Origin: Raillietiella orientalis
Taxonomy: Eukaryota
Reading direction: 5' to 3'
Assembly: GCA_036172245.1 (NCBI GenBank)
Contig: JAYWIR010000021.1
Location: 434,001-498,000, forward strand
DNA: 64,000 nucleotides
Shown here: piece after piece, positions 38,601 through 52,387 of the stretch
Numbering within the stretch: the stretch's first letter is position 1
How the letters are laid out: every line of letters starts with the position of its first letter
Notes under the pieces: generated by a model
What the model was told of the DNA's origin: nothing
Seen by the model: only the letters and a program-made list of their open reading frames with translations
The model's database searches: none
Translations under genes and position numbers: made by a program

Positions 38601-40945
38601 TGCCGACAATCGAGAGATAAACACAAATTTCAAGGTCAAGTGCGTGTAATCTGAAATAGCGCGTGTGAATTGTGCATTTTGCTAACCCTCGCTAAGCCCG
38701 TCGACGTGACGTCATGGAAACGAATATGAACTCGGCCTTAGGTACCAAGTGCTGTTCCGTCCGATTCCTTTCCATGCACACAATTCTCCAGGACGGGGGG
38801 GATGGAAACGTTGAAAACGCAGTTCCCTCCATCGCTGTGTGTTTTCGTGATGGCGCGATTCCAAGACTTCCTGCCTGTCGCTTCGATCACGCTCGACAAT
38901 GTTGCCGTTCTGTAGAAAAAAGAAAAGAAGAAAAAAAAAAAAAAAAAAAGGCAGCAAAACCGCAAACGAACAATCCGTGGCCATCCGTGATCTTCCCCAC
39001 TTTTGTGTCTCTTTCCACCCACATAGGAGTGAATGAGGAAACAAACCTTCTTTTGTTTTTTTTTTTTACCACGCAACCCAAACGGACTTTTTGATGTTTT
39101 TCGAATCTTCCGATTCGGATAACCCCCGGGATGGTAACAACTCCATAACTAATAGCATCCGAATTCGGACAAACACTGCAGCATCTATCTACGTGTTGGC
39201 TTTTCGTGGCTGTGTTCCCTCGCCAGTGACGACGTTTTCAATCACATTCCATCTGTCCGTCTTTTCCTCTCTACAACGTATAATTTTTGCTCTAATTCGT
39301 TTGTCGTTATGGATGATACGTGAAAACGCCGTGGGTTTCATCCAAATTGATACACGGTACTATTTTCGTTCTTCAGTCACTATGCAGACAAGTGGTGCAC
39401 GAATGTTTCTTGCATCGAGGGAGAGCATCCGGCTAGGATCGATTGGGATGAATTATTGCAAACTGTGGGTATTTGTTTGGCTTGACTGATATTTTCCTTC
39501 TACCGAGTGGAAAATCTTTGAATTTCCCGTCTGAATTTGAATGGCAAGAAAAGGAGTGAATTATGTGCTCCTTTTTCTTCTTCCTCCTCTTCTTCCGAGG
39601 ACGGAAGTTCTCATGAGGCTATTGGAATACAAGCAAATGAAAAGACTTTTCCTGCTGTTAAAGAGTTTTGCATGAAAGCGTTAGCATCAAGGAATGTACT
39701 GAAGCATCACAAAACCTATCGCGCTAAACTCTTTTGAAAAGAAGGAAGAATAGTAAACACTGCTCTAGAGGTGATCACTTTTTGCAATGCCTTGGCCGCA
39801 GAGAAGAAATAGCCCTTTAAAAATAACGTTGCGTTTCTGACCTCTTGACGAACAGGGGATGGCTCGATACGGACGGGCGCAGAGTGCCGTGGGCAAAACC
39901 TAGCAGCGTCCAAAGTTGATATTACTTACCATTTGCATTCCGTCTTCGTCCGTTTCCTCTCTTCTTTCTGTTTTTAGCATTCTTGGGTGATGACATTCAT
40001 TCCGAGATCTCCATGCATCCTGAAGGATTATTTTTGCCTGCGGTCTTTCATGGAGTGCCGGAGCGTCCGGACATGCACATCACCGGCAGTTTTCAGTTGT
40101 CTTGGAAATCTCCAAAGCCGTCTAAAGGAATCCATCGAAGCGGGGGGAGGGGGGATTGGGTTCCCCCCCCCCCTCTTTTCCTCGCTCCCGTTTCGCAGGA
40201 CCCTCTTTGTTCTCGGAGACAGACAGAAAGGAAAGGAAGCCGTGGAAAGTTGGCATGGGGGTCGCTGGATTTGATTTTCCCGCAGTCCCGAAAAGTGGCT
40301 AACGATTTGCCCAGGAAAGGAAAGGGAAAGGAGGGGGGGGGGATGAAAGAGAGACAGAGAGAGAGAGAGAGCAGGAAGGAAAAAAAAAAAAAAAGTCGGG
40401 GGGATGGCAAAGGAATCGTCGTCGTCGTCTTCCTCCTGGTCTCCGGGAGTGGGCAACTCCCCTTTCTGCGGGCTATATGTGGACGCGACGGGCCTTCCCT
40501 TTGTGTGTAATTAACGACGACCCGGCCCGATTAATTGCACGTCCAGAACGTAATGGCGCGCCGCTGCTCGGTTATGTCAACAATAAGCGAAGAAGCCCAA
40601 ACGGAGTCGTTGGAGCACACACCTCTGCAAAAGACGTTTTGGTCCAGCAACCACATCTTGCCGTAGCTCCTGCAACCACCGCACTCAATAAGTATCCGAT
40701 CCGCATTTGTTGCAGGAATATCCTCAAATTAGGTGTGCTCGGTATCGCCTAGCATATGCATTGAACCAGTGGGATATTTGTTTCACCAAAAAAAAAAAAA
40801 AGCAGTGCTCAAATCGTCTTTTCCCCTCGAAAGTGTGTTATGGAAGCATCCTTACAAAATTCATGCATGTTTGCCATTGCCGAGGTTGCACACACGAATA
40901 AAAAAACGAGTTTTCCATTTGGTTCGGTTATGTTTAAGATGTGCT

Positions 40946-42420
40946 ATGAAGGAAAACAGTGATTCAAAAAACATGGAAAATTTGCAGGGTATTAATGATA
41001 GGTTAATGACGAAACATATTGTGGGAGACGCCATAATTCTAGACAATAACGCAGAATCTTGTTTTCATACTTTTAGTAAAGGTAATTAAGCACAGTGAAT
41101 GTTTTTGAAACAATTTCTGTTTGCTTGTATGTAGAAAGTATATGTCCTGTTGAGTTGGAAAATGGAAGTATTGCATACATCTCGTTGTCAGAATCCTTCC
41201 TAGATTCTGATATTGTGTTAGATGAGGAAAAGTACAGATCCTGGAATCAGGATGCAAAAAATAGTAAAATTACAAAATTATTTAAATGTACATATGCGGG
41301 ATGCACCAAATTATACAGTTCTATCCATCATTTGAAAGTAAGTTGTTCTCTTAAGAAAGTGTTCTATTTACTTAGGTGCATGAGCATTGCCACATAAGAA
41401 CCAAGCCATTTTTTTGCACCTTTACATCCTGTGGAAAAACTTTTTCCACCTCCTATGGATTAAAGGTTTGTTTGTTGCTTTGCAGTTATGCATGAAATAA
41501 ATGCCTTTCTGATAACCAAGGCTCATACACGAGTTCATACAGGAGAGCGTCCCTACAAATGTCACAAGGAAAACTGTTGCAAATATTTCCGAACATCAGG
41601 TGATTTGCAAAAACATATACGAACACATACAGGTGAGCGCCCCTTCCTCTGTCCTGTGGAAGGTTGTGGTAAAGGCTTTACCACTTCCAACATTTTAAAG
41701 GTAAAGACATGATTTGCAAGATAAGCATTTGTCAGTCTTGTAGGTTCATATGAGAGTGCACACTGGAGAGAGACCATACATGTGCAAAGAGGAAGGTTGT
41801 AAGAAATCATTTAGCTCTGTTACAAATTACAAGAACCATGTTCGCATTCATACTGGTGAAAAACCCTATGCATGTCCTGTGAAGGACTGTGGAAGACGTT
41901 TCACAGAATACTCATCTTTTTTCAAACATCAAAGTGTACACTCTAACAATCAACTATTGTTATGTTCATTTTGTGGTAGGCAGTATCGCCATCCAAACAC
42001 TCTCCTTATGCATCAAAAAATGCAGCATAGCAATCAGTCAGAAAAGACAGAGCAGCAACAAGCTTCTTTAGTAAATAAGTTGCCTGTAAGTATTCCAGAA
42101 GATATTTGCTCTTGGCATTGAAATAGGTTGTTGAATTGATCTCCAACAATTCAGTTGCTGCCCTGCAGATAGCTGATAAAATAAGTGACAGCACAGATGA
42201 TTCTCAAATTTTTGTCCTGACCAATTCCTCACAGCTGGTAGCCTTGGAGGTTACAACTAATGAAAAAGATGATGTTATCAGTTTGCCCTTACAAGTTCCT
42301 TTCTGCAGTAACAGTTGTTTTATTACTGCCCCTGAGCCTGTGATGCATTGTGAAGTGACTTCTAATGATATAGAAGCTCATGAAATTGTAAATGCATTTT
42401 CTGCTGAATCAGTGATATGA
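40946..42420 (+). CDS. ZNF143: ZNF143/ZNF76 (Staf) seven-C2H2-finger transcription factor; exons 40946-41081, 41135-41337, 41376-41465, 41521-41700, 41744-42085, 42127-42420
   Basis: Fingers [61 protein letters not shown] match the Staf array; N-terminal [11 protein letters not shown] repeat; introns of 53, 38, 55, 43 and 41 nt. Confidence 0.9.
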
Positions 42421-42503
42421 AATAACATTCTCGAAAATTGTAGTACAAACCACTTTATTGATTAAAAGCCAATACACAGCAATTCAAAATAAGTAATTTT
42501 TGA

Positions 42504-43428
42504 TTAATGTGCTGATGTCTCTTCATGTAAGTGATGGCTAACCATGTATTCACCAAGTCCAGGTCCAGCTCTTTTTAACTGTGTAATGTAATCAGCAATT
42601 TCTTTAATAGAGTCTATTTGTTCTCTCAAATATTCTTCCTCAATAAAATCCATAAGCTGAGGATCATCATGATTGGTAGCAATTTTGTGCAAGTCCAGTA
42701 GTGACTGAATAAAAATCATTAGACAGGAATAAAGTTACTTAAACATCAGTTAGTATCCACTTTAACGATCCATACAAAGCAAGATATAAAGGAAACAATG
42801 CAACACAATATTAATCAGCATGCTGATAAGAAAAAAAAAAAAACAATAAGCTATTAAAATCTCACCCCTCAGAAAATCAGTTTTGGCATTAGGAATTCAC
42901 AGAAAATTCAAAACTGTCACTTTAGCATGCTTGGCAACAGTTTCAAACCAAAAGCTTCCACATAAGTAAATGAGTTTTCAATGACGATAAAAAAAACAAA
43001 AAAAAACAAAAATTTTTTTAGCTCAAACCTGATTCACATTCTTCTCCAATTCAAGTGCCGCTTCCATTGCTTCAAGTGGGGAGCCCCATTCATCTTTAGG
43101 AGGTTTATGCAATGCTTGGAGCACGACCCGGCCGCCACGTTTATTTTGATATTCCATGAGTTTTTCGGCATGTCTACGTTCATCATCTGAATTGTGTTTG
43201 AAGTAGTCATAAAAACCGATCAAAGCTACATCATCCCTTTGGAAATAATATGCCTACAAATAAAATGAATGAATGCATGCCAGAAAGCATCCCCACAAAT
43301 AATGCAAGCATAAAATGACCTACCATTGACAGATATGTGTAATGGGCATAAAGTTCAAGATTGATCTGCTTATTGATGGCAGCCTCACATTCCTCATGAA
43401 AATTTTGCCGAATTTTACTAACAGCCAT
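42504..43428 (-). CDS. Cytosolic ferritin heavy-chain-like subunit; exons 43428-43324, 43253-43029, 42704-42504
   Basis: [40 protein letters not shown]...[18 protein letters not shown]...EKNVNQ|SLLDLH...GLGEYM; no signal peptide. Confidence 0.96.
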
Positions 43429-46400
43429 TATTGCAATTCACAAGTAAGAAACGAATCCACGTGAAAACCTGATGAATAATGAATTAAATTCACAGAGCAC
43501 CCAATAAAATTCCCACTATATGCAATTCATGCAGCATATTTATAACAGCAAGAAAAACAGAGAGAACTCCACTTTGATAACATGCGCAATCAACAAAACA
43601 GCACAGCAATACTTTGTGAGTTAACAGTTGGTGCGAATATGGGTCCTTTCCAAATGGAAATCTGTCATAAGCTGAGATCACATATCACATTCCAATTACT
43701 TGATGCAAATCGCAAAAATGAAACGAAAAGTCCATTAAGTTCACACAGTTCTGATTAAAGAAACTTCGATGTTCCGTGTGACTCCTTTTAAGGCACATTC
43801 AGCAAACGTTTGCAGCATTTTATTCAGTGTAGCATTTGGGCATGTAAATTTACGATAATGTGATTGCTTAGTTTTTAATTTAATCTGTTCTGTTCTAGGA
43901 TACTACATGTTCCTGATGGAAAAAAAATGGCTGAATTTCAACATGGTGGCACATCTCTTTGAATCAAGAGACATGTCACCAAAGATGTCACCTAAGCTGC
44001 AAACTGAATCATGCATTTCATGCTTGCAAAAATTAGGAATTTGTCAACATCAAACCCAAGTGCTGGTGACACACCTAATGCTGCTGCATACTGACTACTT
44101 AAGAGATTTCACTTAAGAGACAAATCACCTTACCCTAAATCTAGCAAAAGTGCTCAGAATCAGAGTTCTTTGAAAACCATGGAGCATTACAGCGCAACCC
44201 TTCATCCACGTTTATTGGATTTTGGACTCCACAAGTCCGGCCTGGAAGTTTTGCTTTCTAAAAAAGATGAGGCGTTTGCCGACATGGGAATCATTCCCGA
44301 TCGTGGATTCATTGGAAGGGGGGGGGGGGGGGTGATGTGGTTTTAGAACTTTTGTGTTGCTGAATATTTGTGTGAATCTGTGGGTTTCTGAACATCTGGA
44401 AGAGTGGTAGTACAACGGTGGTAATTCATGCAGCGTTTTCGAAGATGGAGAGAATAGGCAGTTCAAAAAAAAAAGGAAATTTGCCACTGAGATAGATGAG
44501 TGAAGCCTGGTGCATCTTGGAAGAGGCTGGATGAATTGGAAACGAAAGAGTAAGCACACAGAGAGAGGAGCCATCAATCAATCCGTACTCTCAGCAACAA
44601 ATTTGGAGACAGTAAGACAATACTTCAGAGTGAGCTCTGAAATCGTAGTAGCTTAACACCAAATGAACGAACATGAATGAATTGAACAAACATGCAAATC
44701 ATTTATTTCTTTGAGGTAAACAGTATTGCAAGAAACAAACTGGTCACGACGATCTCGTTCCTAAACTCTGAGCAAAAGTTCCAACATGCTGTCCTTTCCA
44801 TTTCTGTTTCTGCGTAAGTTTGGCTGTAACTTGCAATATGTAGAACGTAACTCTGTGGTCAGCAGGAATCAAATAGATAATTGCATTCCCCTGGCAGTTT
44901 ACTGTGGTGATTACTCCAGGTTTACTGTGAGGATCTTCCGTAACGTGAAAACGAACGGTCCTTCTTTTTCAAATTTCTTTTCATTCGGGCAGCCACCTAT
45001 CCAAATGTCTGTTTTGTTGAAGCCGTCGAATGAATTCATCTCGGATGGAGGAATTAATCGAATCTTCCCCGATCCTACCTTCTGTGCAGCGTGCAACGCG
45101 AAAGATACCTTTTAAAAAGTACATATTACTTATTGTGATTAAGATGTGTCGAAGCTGTTTCCATCGCAGGAAGCAATCCTATGTGAGTGACCTAGGTCAA
45201 AAAGCAAACCCTGCAGGCACTGCCACGGCAACTTTCCTAGGGGATGTATACCACGGAATTTGCTAAGTGAAACCAAGGATTTTTTAAACCAAGTCCTTCC
45301 AGGATTCTAAATCGACAACTGAATAATTACCGTTAATTTTAATCCACATCTCCTTTTGACTATATGTTTTCAACGTGGGCGCTCTCATCTCTCTACCTAC
45401 ATTGATCAAACATATGTATGAAATACTTGGATGCAGCTGCAAATTGCTGAATTTATTATTTTACTTTAGATCTTATCGACTTGGATGGACATTTACGGAA
45501 GAATGCCCCGAATGGAGACTACGAAGCGAACTCCACGGTTTTCCCGAGCCCTACGCCCCAAGCTCGAGTACTCCTTCCATTTCCTTGACGGCTGGCACGG
45601 ATTTTGAATATGTTTCTGGGTTTTAGCACGATCCAGCCTCCTCCGTGTAACTGTTTTCCTGAACGAGTTCCTGCTCAAAACTCTGTATTCACGAACTATT
45701 CAGAGTCTAACGAGCTCATAATTTGGGTAGAGAAAGAAGTTCTTCCTTGTAGAAACCCAACTGTGTTCCTCTCCATTTGAAACATCGATTAATTGAAACG
45801 ATTGACTTTAAAATGAAAAATACAATTTGTTTTTATTATTCAGTATGAACTAACCCACCCGAACTCGCACTTCGTGTGGAATTTTCTTAAGATATTCTCT
45901 AAGAAAGCTCAGCAGTCACTATTTAGGTGCTGTTTCGTAAGATAACATTTCGTTTAAAGATGCATACTATCATTCGCCACAAATAGGGATAATTTTCCCC
46001 ATTTACTGACAAAAATTTGCCTCCTGCTATCGATTTTAATTTAAACGCCGGAAAGAGTCGAGACCTCTGAATGATGAAGTTTTCATTCCGCGCACTTTTG
46101 CTCATGCGTAGGTTTCTTCGCAAACAGGGGTGGCAAACTCCACCCCCCCCCCGTAACGGGTTCCAGTAATGGATGCTAAAATATTCTGGCCGCTGGAGCA
46201 CTTTCGATGCGTAGCATTACTTGTTTGCAGATTTAATATTCCTGTCTGTCACCGCTGTGAGATCAGAGATCATCGCGAGACAGCCGCAGCAGTCGACCCT
46301 GGGACGACTGGGCGCGCCGGCAACCGCAAGGGTTGCCTCTTAGCCCGGAAGCGGCCCTATTAAGGCTGCTGCGCAACGCGGTCCGAATCTGCGCAGTTCG

Positions 46401-48179
46401 CGCGCCGAAGTTCATGGAGATCCATTTTCAAAGTTTTCAGGCGTTTAGGGAAGCTTTCGCGAAGCACCTAACGTTTGTCGTGTTGGGGCCGTGCGCAAAC
46501 TGACCCAAGGACGCATTTTTGTGTATCGACGTTGTATGTAATTATGGAACGATGCAGCTCACTTTGGAAACTCGAACGATTTCTCAGGTCAACTCGCAGA
46601 ATAGATGAGGCACTCGAGAAGAGAACAGGAAGACATGAAAAAGAATCCCGGCTGAATCCTGGAAACCGGAATGCCCGATCGAAGAGGCGAAAAAAAGGTG
46701 CGGCCAAAGTAAGACGATGGCGAACACGGGGGAAACGAAAACGGCCAAAAGCAAGCAAGAGTCCAATAGGCAGAATAGGGCCGTAGAATGCCGACGGTAG
46801 AATGATAGAATCCAACCCCGCAAAAAGTATCCGATGAGGAAATCAAGGTTGAATACCTGAGGCGTTTTACACGGCGGAGGCACTGTTGTTGCAATGTTCG
46901 AGGCGTTCATACTAATTTGAACCCACAATGCTCAGCGCGGCAAAGTGGGGCTGTTCGGAAGACCCGGCCCATTATCGGAAGGAAAGCAACAATCGAGGGG
47001 GGGCGACGTGCTCGGAGGTGTCGCGACACCCCCGAGCGAAGGAAGGGGACCAAGCCCAAACGGAAGTGAGGCTTTGGGGAGGGGGGTTCCGTAAACCCTT
47101 TCGCGGGAGGGACGAAAACCCTTCCCCTCTCCCTTCCTCCTCCTTCTCCTCCTCCTCCCACGAGACACACCATCGGTTCGAAGAAGAAGCCGATGCCAGC
47201 CGGGATGCAAGTTCTCGAGAAAACGCGGCATCATCATTTCCGATCAGCAGACTCCACGCACAAGCCGCCAGTTGAGGTCGTCAGGCGCGCGCTCCGTGTC
47301 AACAGCGACGGAGAAGCCATGGTGCCGCAAGCGGCGGCTTGCATATGCAATCTCTTCAACGGCGGTTCCATTGACACTACGTGGCCTCGCTCTTTGAGTA
47401 CATGCGTTACGTCTGCTGTTCCGCAACGAGCAGGAATGCCATCATCACAAATGAGTCGGCAGAGTGAAGACGCGCAAAACAGGCGGATGTGCACCCATTG
47501 CGTGCGTTCAAAGTGTCCTCCACGCAAAACACCTCGAGATAAGGAACCGTAGCAAGGCTTGCAGCAAGCTGTTCAGGAAAAGTGATGACATGCCCTGTAT
47601 TGCTCTTGGGAAGTGGTGATATGAAAATGGTATATGAAAAATGATGTGTATCATTGAATGTGTCAGACAATGTCACAGTCAGCTGGGAGTACTTTTGGGG
47701 TGACTGGACTCCAACATAATTATGCACCTTTATGCATTATGGTCGGCTGTAGAACAACCGTATCATGTGGCAGTGTATAATTACTAATTTAGGTACACTT
47801 TTGTAGGAAACATTACTGTAATCATTATAATAATAAGACCTTGTGGAAAGAGGTTAGATTATCATCCTGATATGTACAGAAACACTACATCGTATATAGC
47901 ATTTCAAAGTTGGGTAAGACTTTTTACAGCAAACATTCTGTACAAATTATTTGTGCTGATAAAAAGTGTGTTAGGGGATTTTCACACGGATCGTTTCCGG
48001 TTGAAGCGTGGTTTCACGGAAATATTACTGAAAAATAAGCAATTCCGATTTTCACGCAGTTGATTTAGATCTATCGAGTTCCTGCTTTGCCGAGTCTTTA
48101 TAAGGATAAGGTAGAATACATCGGATGGAATGATTCAGTGTCCAAGGTGTAACGGATCCCCATTCGGAAAGAAAGAAAA

Positions 48180-48700
48180 AAAAACGCTTACAAAGCGAGT
48201 TGATGTGGGATACGTGAATACTCATCTGGACTCATCTCCAGAGAGATTCCGAGTCAGCCAGTTAGTCCCAAGCGCACCATGACCCATACTCCCTAGCCTG
48301 CAGAGCATGACCACCATCACTATGAGCAAAAACCAGATAAGAAATCATTTGAGCCACCGACTAAAACACACCCACACATAACTCAAAGTCGTATTTCTTG
48401 TTCACTCCGATACACCAACACGCTTTGCATGCTGTCTCTCAGATGATACATAACATGAGCTTCATGAGCTTCCTCATCAAATTTCATCTCCCGGATACGC
48501 ACCATCCACATGCCCATCATCAACTCCAAGATGATGATAACACACCACACCCATTTTACAGTCAACTTGATCAACATACAGCCATTCATGATATGCCTTG
48601 TCGTATTCCTTATATGACAGGTCACATCACGGTGACCTCAAGCCAGCTCCTGCAACCAGATGGACCAACCGCTTAAGCTCACCCTGTTTAAGGCATGCCT
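48180..48700 (-). mobile_element. Decayed Merlin/IS1595-like transposase relic
   Basis: VFAHSDGGHA and IHVSHINSLCKR lie in the same frame about 39 codons apart, the spacing of IHSD.W.AY...HT..IESLW. Confidence 0.45.
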
Positions 48701-48949
48701 CTACTGCACCTTGTCCCAAATTTTCCATTCGACTAGTAGCACACGACACGCCTCTGAACTACGAGCAGAATAGTAGGTGTGTAACTTGGAAACCGAGGAC
48801 GTCAGTTTTCAAGTCTCTGATTCGCCAAGGGCGAAGAAGAAGTCGAAATGAGAACGGGCCCACGAGAAGTGGGAAAGCGGTCCTTTGGGATGAAAAAGTG
48901 AGCGAGGGAAAAATTTCTCAGAGGCATGAGAACGCGAAGGTGATCGGTC

Positions 48950-49400
48950 TCTGATAATGAGACTGTTTCCAGGATACCGTGTGCGAGCCACATGGAGAGC
49001 AATGGAAGCGAAAATTCCAGGCTGAGAAACGACGTCGATCGACAAGAAGTTTCCGGACGTTTTTCAAAATTTTCACCGAGGCTCCATCCTCGAACTTTTT
49101 AGCCGTTGGGCTGAATTCATTCCCGAAGTGCATCATCGCAACGAAAGTGCAGTTACTGGGTCTTTACAAGTTGCCGAATTGGGAATCGTTTCTCCGACTG
49201 GCGCCGTCAAGGGAAAGAAGCTCAGAAGAAGGATGCGTTTCCATCACACCAAGCACGCGCCTACCAGCACAAAGTACACGACGACTTCCGGGCAAAAGTG
49301 TACTTGCTATCCAGATGTACGTTCCATGTGCTTATTTTTGGCTCCACTCATCTGAAGACAGGTCGAGCTACAAATAGTTTTGGAAGCTACAAGCCGGTCA
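48950..49400 (+). mobile_element. Decayed Merlin/IS1595-like transposase relic (N-terminal half)
   Basis: HGEQWKR..RRRSTRSFRTFF..LPNWESFLRL (cf. DG..WRC..SIR.GTFF..VDW.SFCRE). Confidence 0.5.
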
Positions 49401-49899
49401 ATAAAAAGCCAACTTGAGTTTTACATTGTGAAGTGAACCAGTTGAACGGATTCCAGCGACTTGTGGGGTAGCCCGCATTCTGGAACGGAGAGCAAATGCG
49501 AACAAGACCCCTCAAACGATCTTGGATTCCAGAGAGTGCCTGGGGGTTCGAAATGTGAGACCCTGAGAGAGAAGGAAAAAGCGAAACGGCGTCCCATGCC
49601 GGAACAGGATGAAACGTGAATCGCATGAAAGGTACTTTCTTCCTTCATCCTGGACTTCCGATTCCAGATTTCTAGGTTCCTCTAAGCAGCTTCTAGAACA
49701 ACACACACTGGGACAGCACTATGTTCTTTGCTGCCTCTTGACTTTCGTGTTCATGAGCTAGGCATGAGACACGGGAAGTCTCTTTCGTCCACGCAACGTT
49801 CGTTCTTTCGACTACCTGCCTTTTGATCCCAATCCCGCGTCCCGGGGTCCGGAAGTTTGCCTTTTTGGGGGGAACGTCCGTGTTGACCAGCTGTCCTGA

Positions 49900-50450
49900 A
49901 AATTGGGAGTGAAAAGCAGAAAGGGGAACTGAGCTATCCTAACGTCTTTTCATTTGAGCTTCTGAATATGAGGTCCCGAACGTTCCGTGTTTGCTCGAGC
50001 ATTCCTTCGGTTTGGAAACGACACGCTCTGCTGGATTGCCAAGGACCTTGACCACCGCGGAAATGCCACAACATGCAGGTTCATTTCCATGGTTTCGAAC
50101 CGATCTTTTTCCTGCTTCCCATTCAACATTTTCGCCTCGCAAGGCTTCCCTTGCTTGAGTGCCGCATCCTACTCTTTGGAAACTGCATGGAATGAAAGAG
50201 TTTCTCTGTTTGCAGCTCGTCGCGAGCAACCTCCAGAAACAGTTTCACTGGAGATAATTTTCCAAATTCCTTGTGTGATCATACATTCCAATTTCAAGCA
50301 CCACTTACCGCGATCGCATCCAGAACGTGATAAAGAAGGGAAATTCCTTTTCCCTTGTGCTTTTCCCTCAAGTCTCTCTCCTTTCGTGATAGCTCTTCGT
50401 CGCCCTTCCCAAATATACACTTCACTATACAGAACGCACGTCTAGGGATC
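49900..50450 (+). mobile_element. Decayed Merlin/IS1595-like transposase fragment
   Basis: CWIAK..TTCRFISMVSNRSFSCF (cf. WVFG..CFL..V.NRS..TL). Confidence 0.35.
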
Positions 50451-51479
50451 CTTGAAAAAACTGCCTCTGGCATTTTCGGAGGCATGAGTTTGAAAATCAC
50501 GACCTCTCTTATTGATCTTATTGTCTTAGCACCTTTTTATTAGGGGGATCGCTGCCGCCCATGGATGGAAAGTGAGCAAGTGGTAACGAAGAGAAACGGC
50601 AGCCTCATTGAAACACCGTCTGAGCTCCTTTCCCTCTGTCGGCTCAACATCAATCTGCTCGCTTGTGTTTTCGTTTCCTAATCATACGAAATAGTTGCCT
50701 TGGCCACAGGTATCATACACAAAGCACAGCTTACTTTTTTGCCGTGTACACAAGCAACAGTTCCGTTCTTCTCGTCACTTAATTCCCGGAATACCTCTTG
50801 TGATGATGACCTTAAAGAGTTTATGCCCGTGACTTCTTATTCGACCCCTACAGGGAAGCTTCGAAAGCTCATCTGTATGGGCAAAACATTATCCACTCGA
50901 CGGATCAGAACAGGCACTCATGAGAGACCTGCAGGCACTCCTTTCGCTTCTTCCCGGATGAGTAGTTTCTCATTATTCAGTCAAGCAGCGAAGCTGTGAA
51001 TCTTAACTGGAGATCTCCTCATCTCAGTACACTATGGAAACAGTCATCACTTTTTTCAATGTAGCCAGAGGACTGCATGATGGGTCGGTTCTTTTTTTTT
51101 TTTTTCTCTCGCCCTCTCTCCTGGATGCACTTCTTGACAATGATGCAGAGGATTTGCATCGACCTTGAGACCGTAAAAAAAAAAAGGAAGGGAAACAGAG
51201 ATTCCACAGGCTCCAAAACAAAGTACCCAAAACTGATGCGCACAAAATCAACGAAAAAAAAACATCGATACAAGTACCTTAACTATATTGTATTGAACTT
51301 TTTGCTTGCGAGCGTATTCGTTTTTTCATTGAAAGAAACATTCTTTACGCGCGATTTCTCCGCTTCCGGTACAAACAAACTTTCGACACGCCCAGTAAGC
51401 AATAAAATGAAATCCCAACAGACACAGTTAATAAAATAAGCTCTGATTTTTTAATGGGCACCGGAAATGCATCACGAAG

Positions 51480-52140
51480 CGAAAGCCCAGTCCCTATTCA
51501 CAAAGGAGCGATTTCGGGTTTGTCCGGCCGGGTTGCGGTGCTACCAACGGACGCACTCCTCCGTTTCCATGGACCCGAGAACTCTGTGAACTATCCGCGT
51601 GCAGGAAACGGTTCCCTCCCCTCCCTCTATCCGATGTGCACGGGGAGGACGGAGTCCTTCCATGGAGGACAGGGAGGCTGCAGGTCGTGCGAGCCGCGCG
51701 CCGCGGGAGCTCCGGGAGAGAGGTGTTCCGTTTTTGAGGTGTTCCCGAGGAACGGCGCCCCCGTGCGTTCCCGTCCCGTTCCCAGAAGCTTCCTCCTCCG
51801 GCCGGCGGGGCGCGACTCCACAAGCATCCGACGGGAACGGGAGGAAGGGGGGGGGAGGGAAGAGGCGCGGACCAACGCAGCCACTTCGACGAGGCATCCT
51901 GAGGATGCACGCAAGCATCCCTCGCACGTGTGGAAGTGTGCCAAGACGGGAACACTTTGCTCCTCCGGAATCTGCATAAAGCCGAAACGGAGTTTGCAAG
52001 GAAAGAGTTCGACCTCGGATGCTTTCAGGGGACTGCCTCCAGCGACTGCCCTTCCCCCACAGCCGTGGATCTACAGCGAGAGTGTCCGAAGAGAACCATC
52101 CCTAAGAATTACATCCACTAAGAATGAAGGTTGCATTGTA
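51480..52140 (+). mobile_element. Decayed Merlin/IS1595-like transposase relic (GC-rich)
   Basis: GERCSVFEVFPRNGAP (cf. RCFL.EV..R.A.TL) and HPEDARKHPSHVWKCAK (cf. DP..GAHT..IE.LW..AK). Confidence 0.45.
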
Positions 52141-52348
52141 TTATCCGCATAAAGTTTGAACAAATACACAACTCGTGACTTATATTGTGCGATGCGTTGT
52201 GTAACAACTCGGCCTTACCGTCTCTGATAATTCTTATCGATACGAAAGGTGACATCTGAATAAATAATGTCCTTTCGGATGAGTCATATTCCGTCGGTCG
52301 CCATACGCCAAACTTTGATGTTTTGCCTAAGTTATTTGTACTTTCCCT

Positions 52349-52349
<1 letters not shown>

Positions 52350-52387
<38 letters not shown>
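52350..52387. repeat. T38 homopolymer
   Basis: Direct read. Confidence 0.95.

Noticed and set aside
41135..42030. MTF-1 next to ferritin (a metal-regulation cluster)
   Set aside because: The finger sequences match ZNF143/76, not MTF-1.
42433..42444. ZNF143-associated ACTACAA motif after the ZNF143 stop
   Set aside because: Partial match in AT-rich 3' sequence, likely chance.
46865..46900. IRE-like caacagtgc on the minus strand
   Set aside because: The flanks do not pair, and it lies more than 3 kb from the ferritin start.
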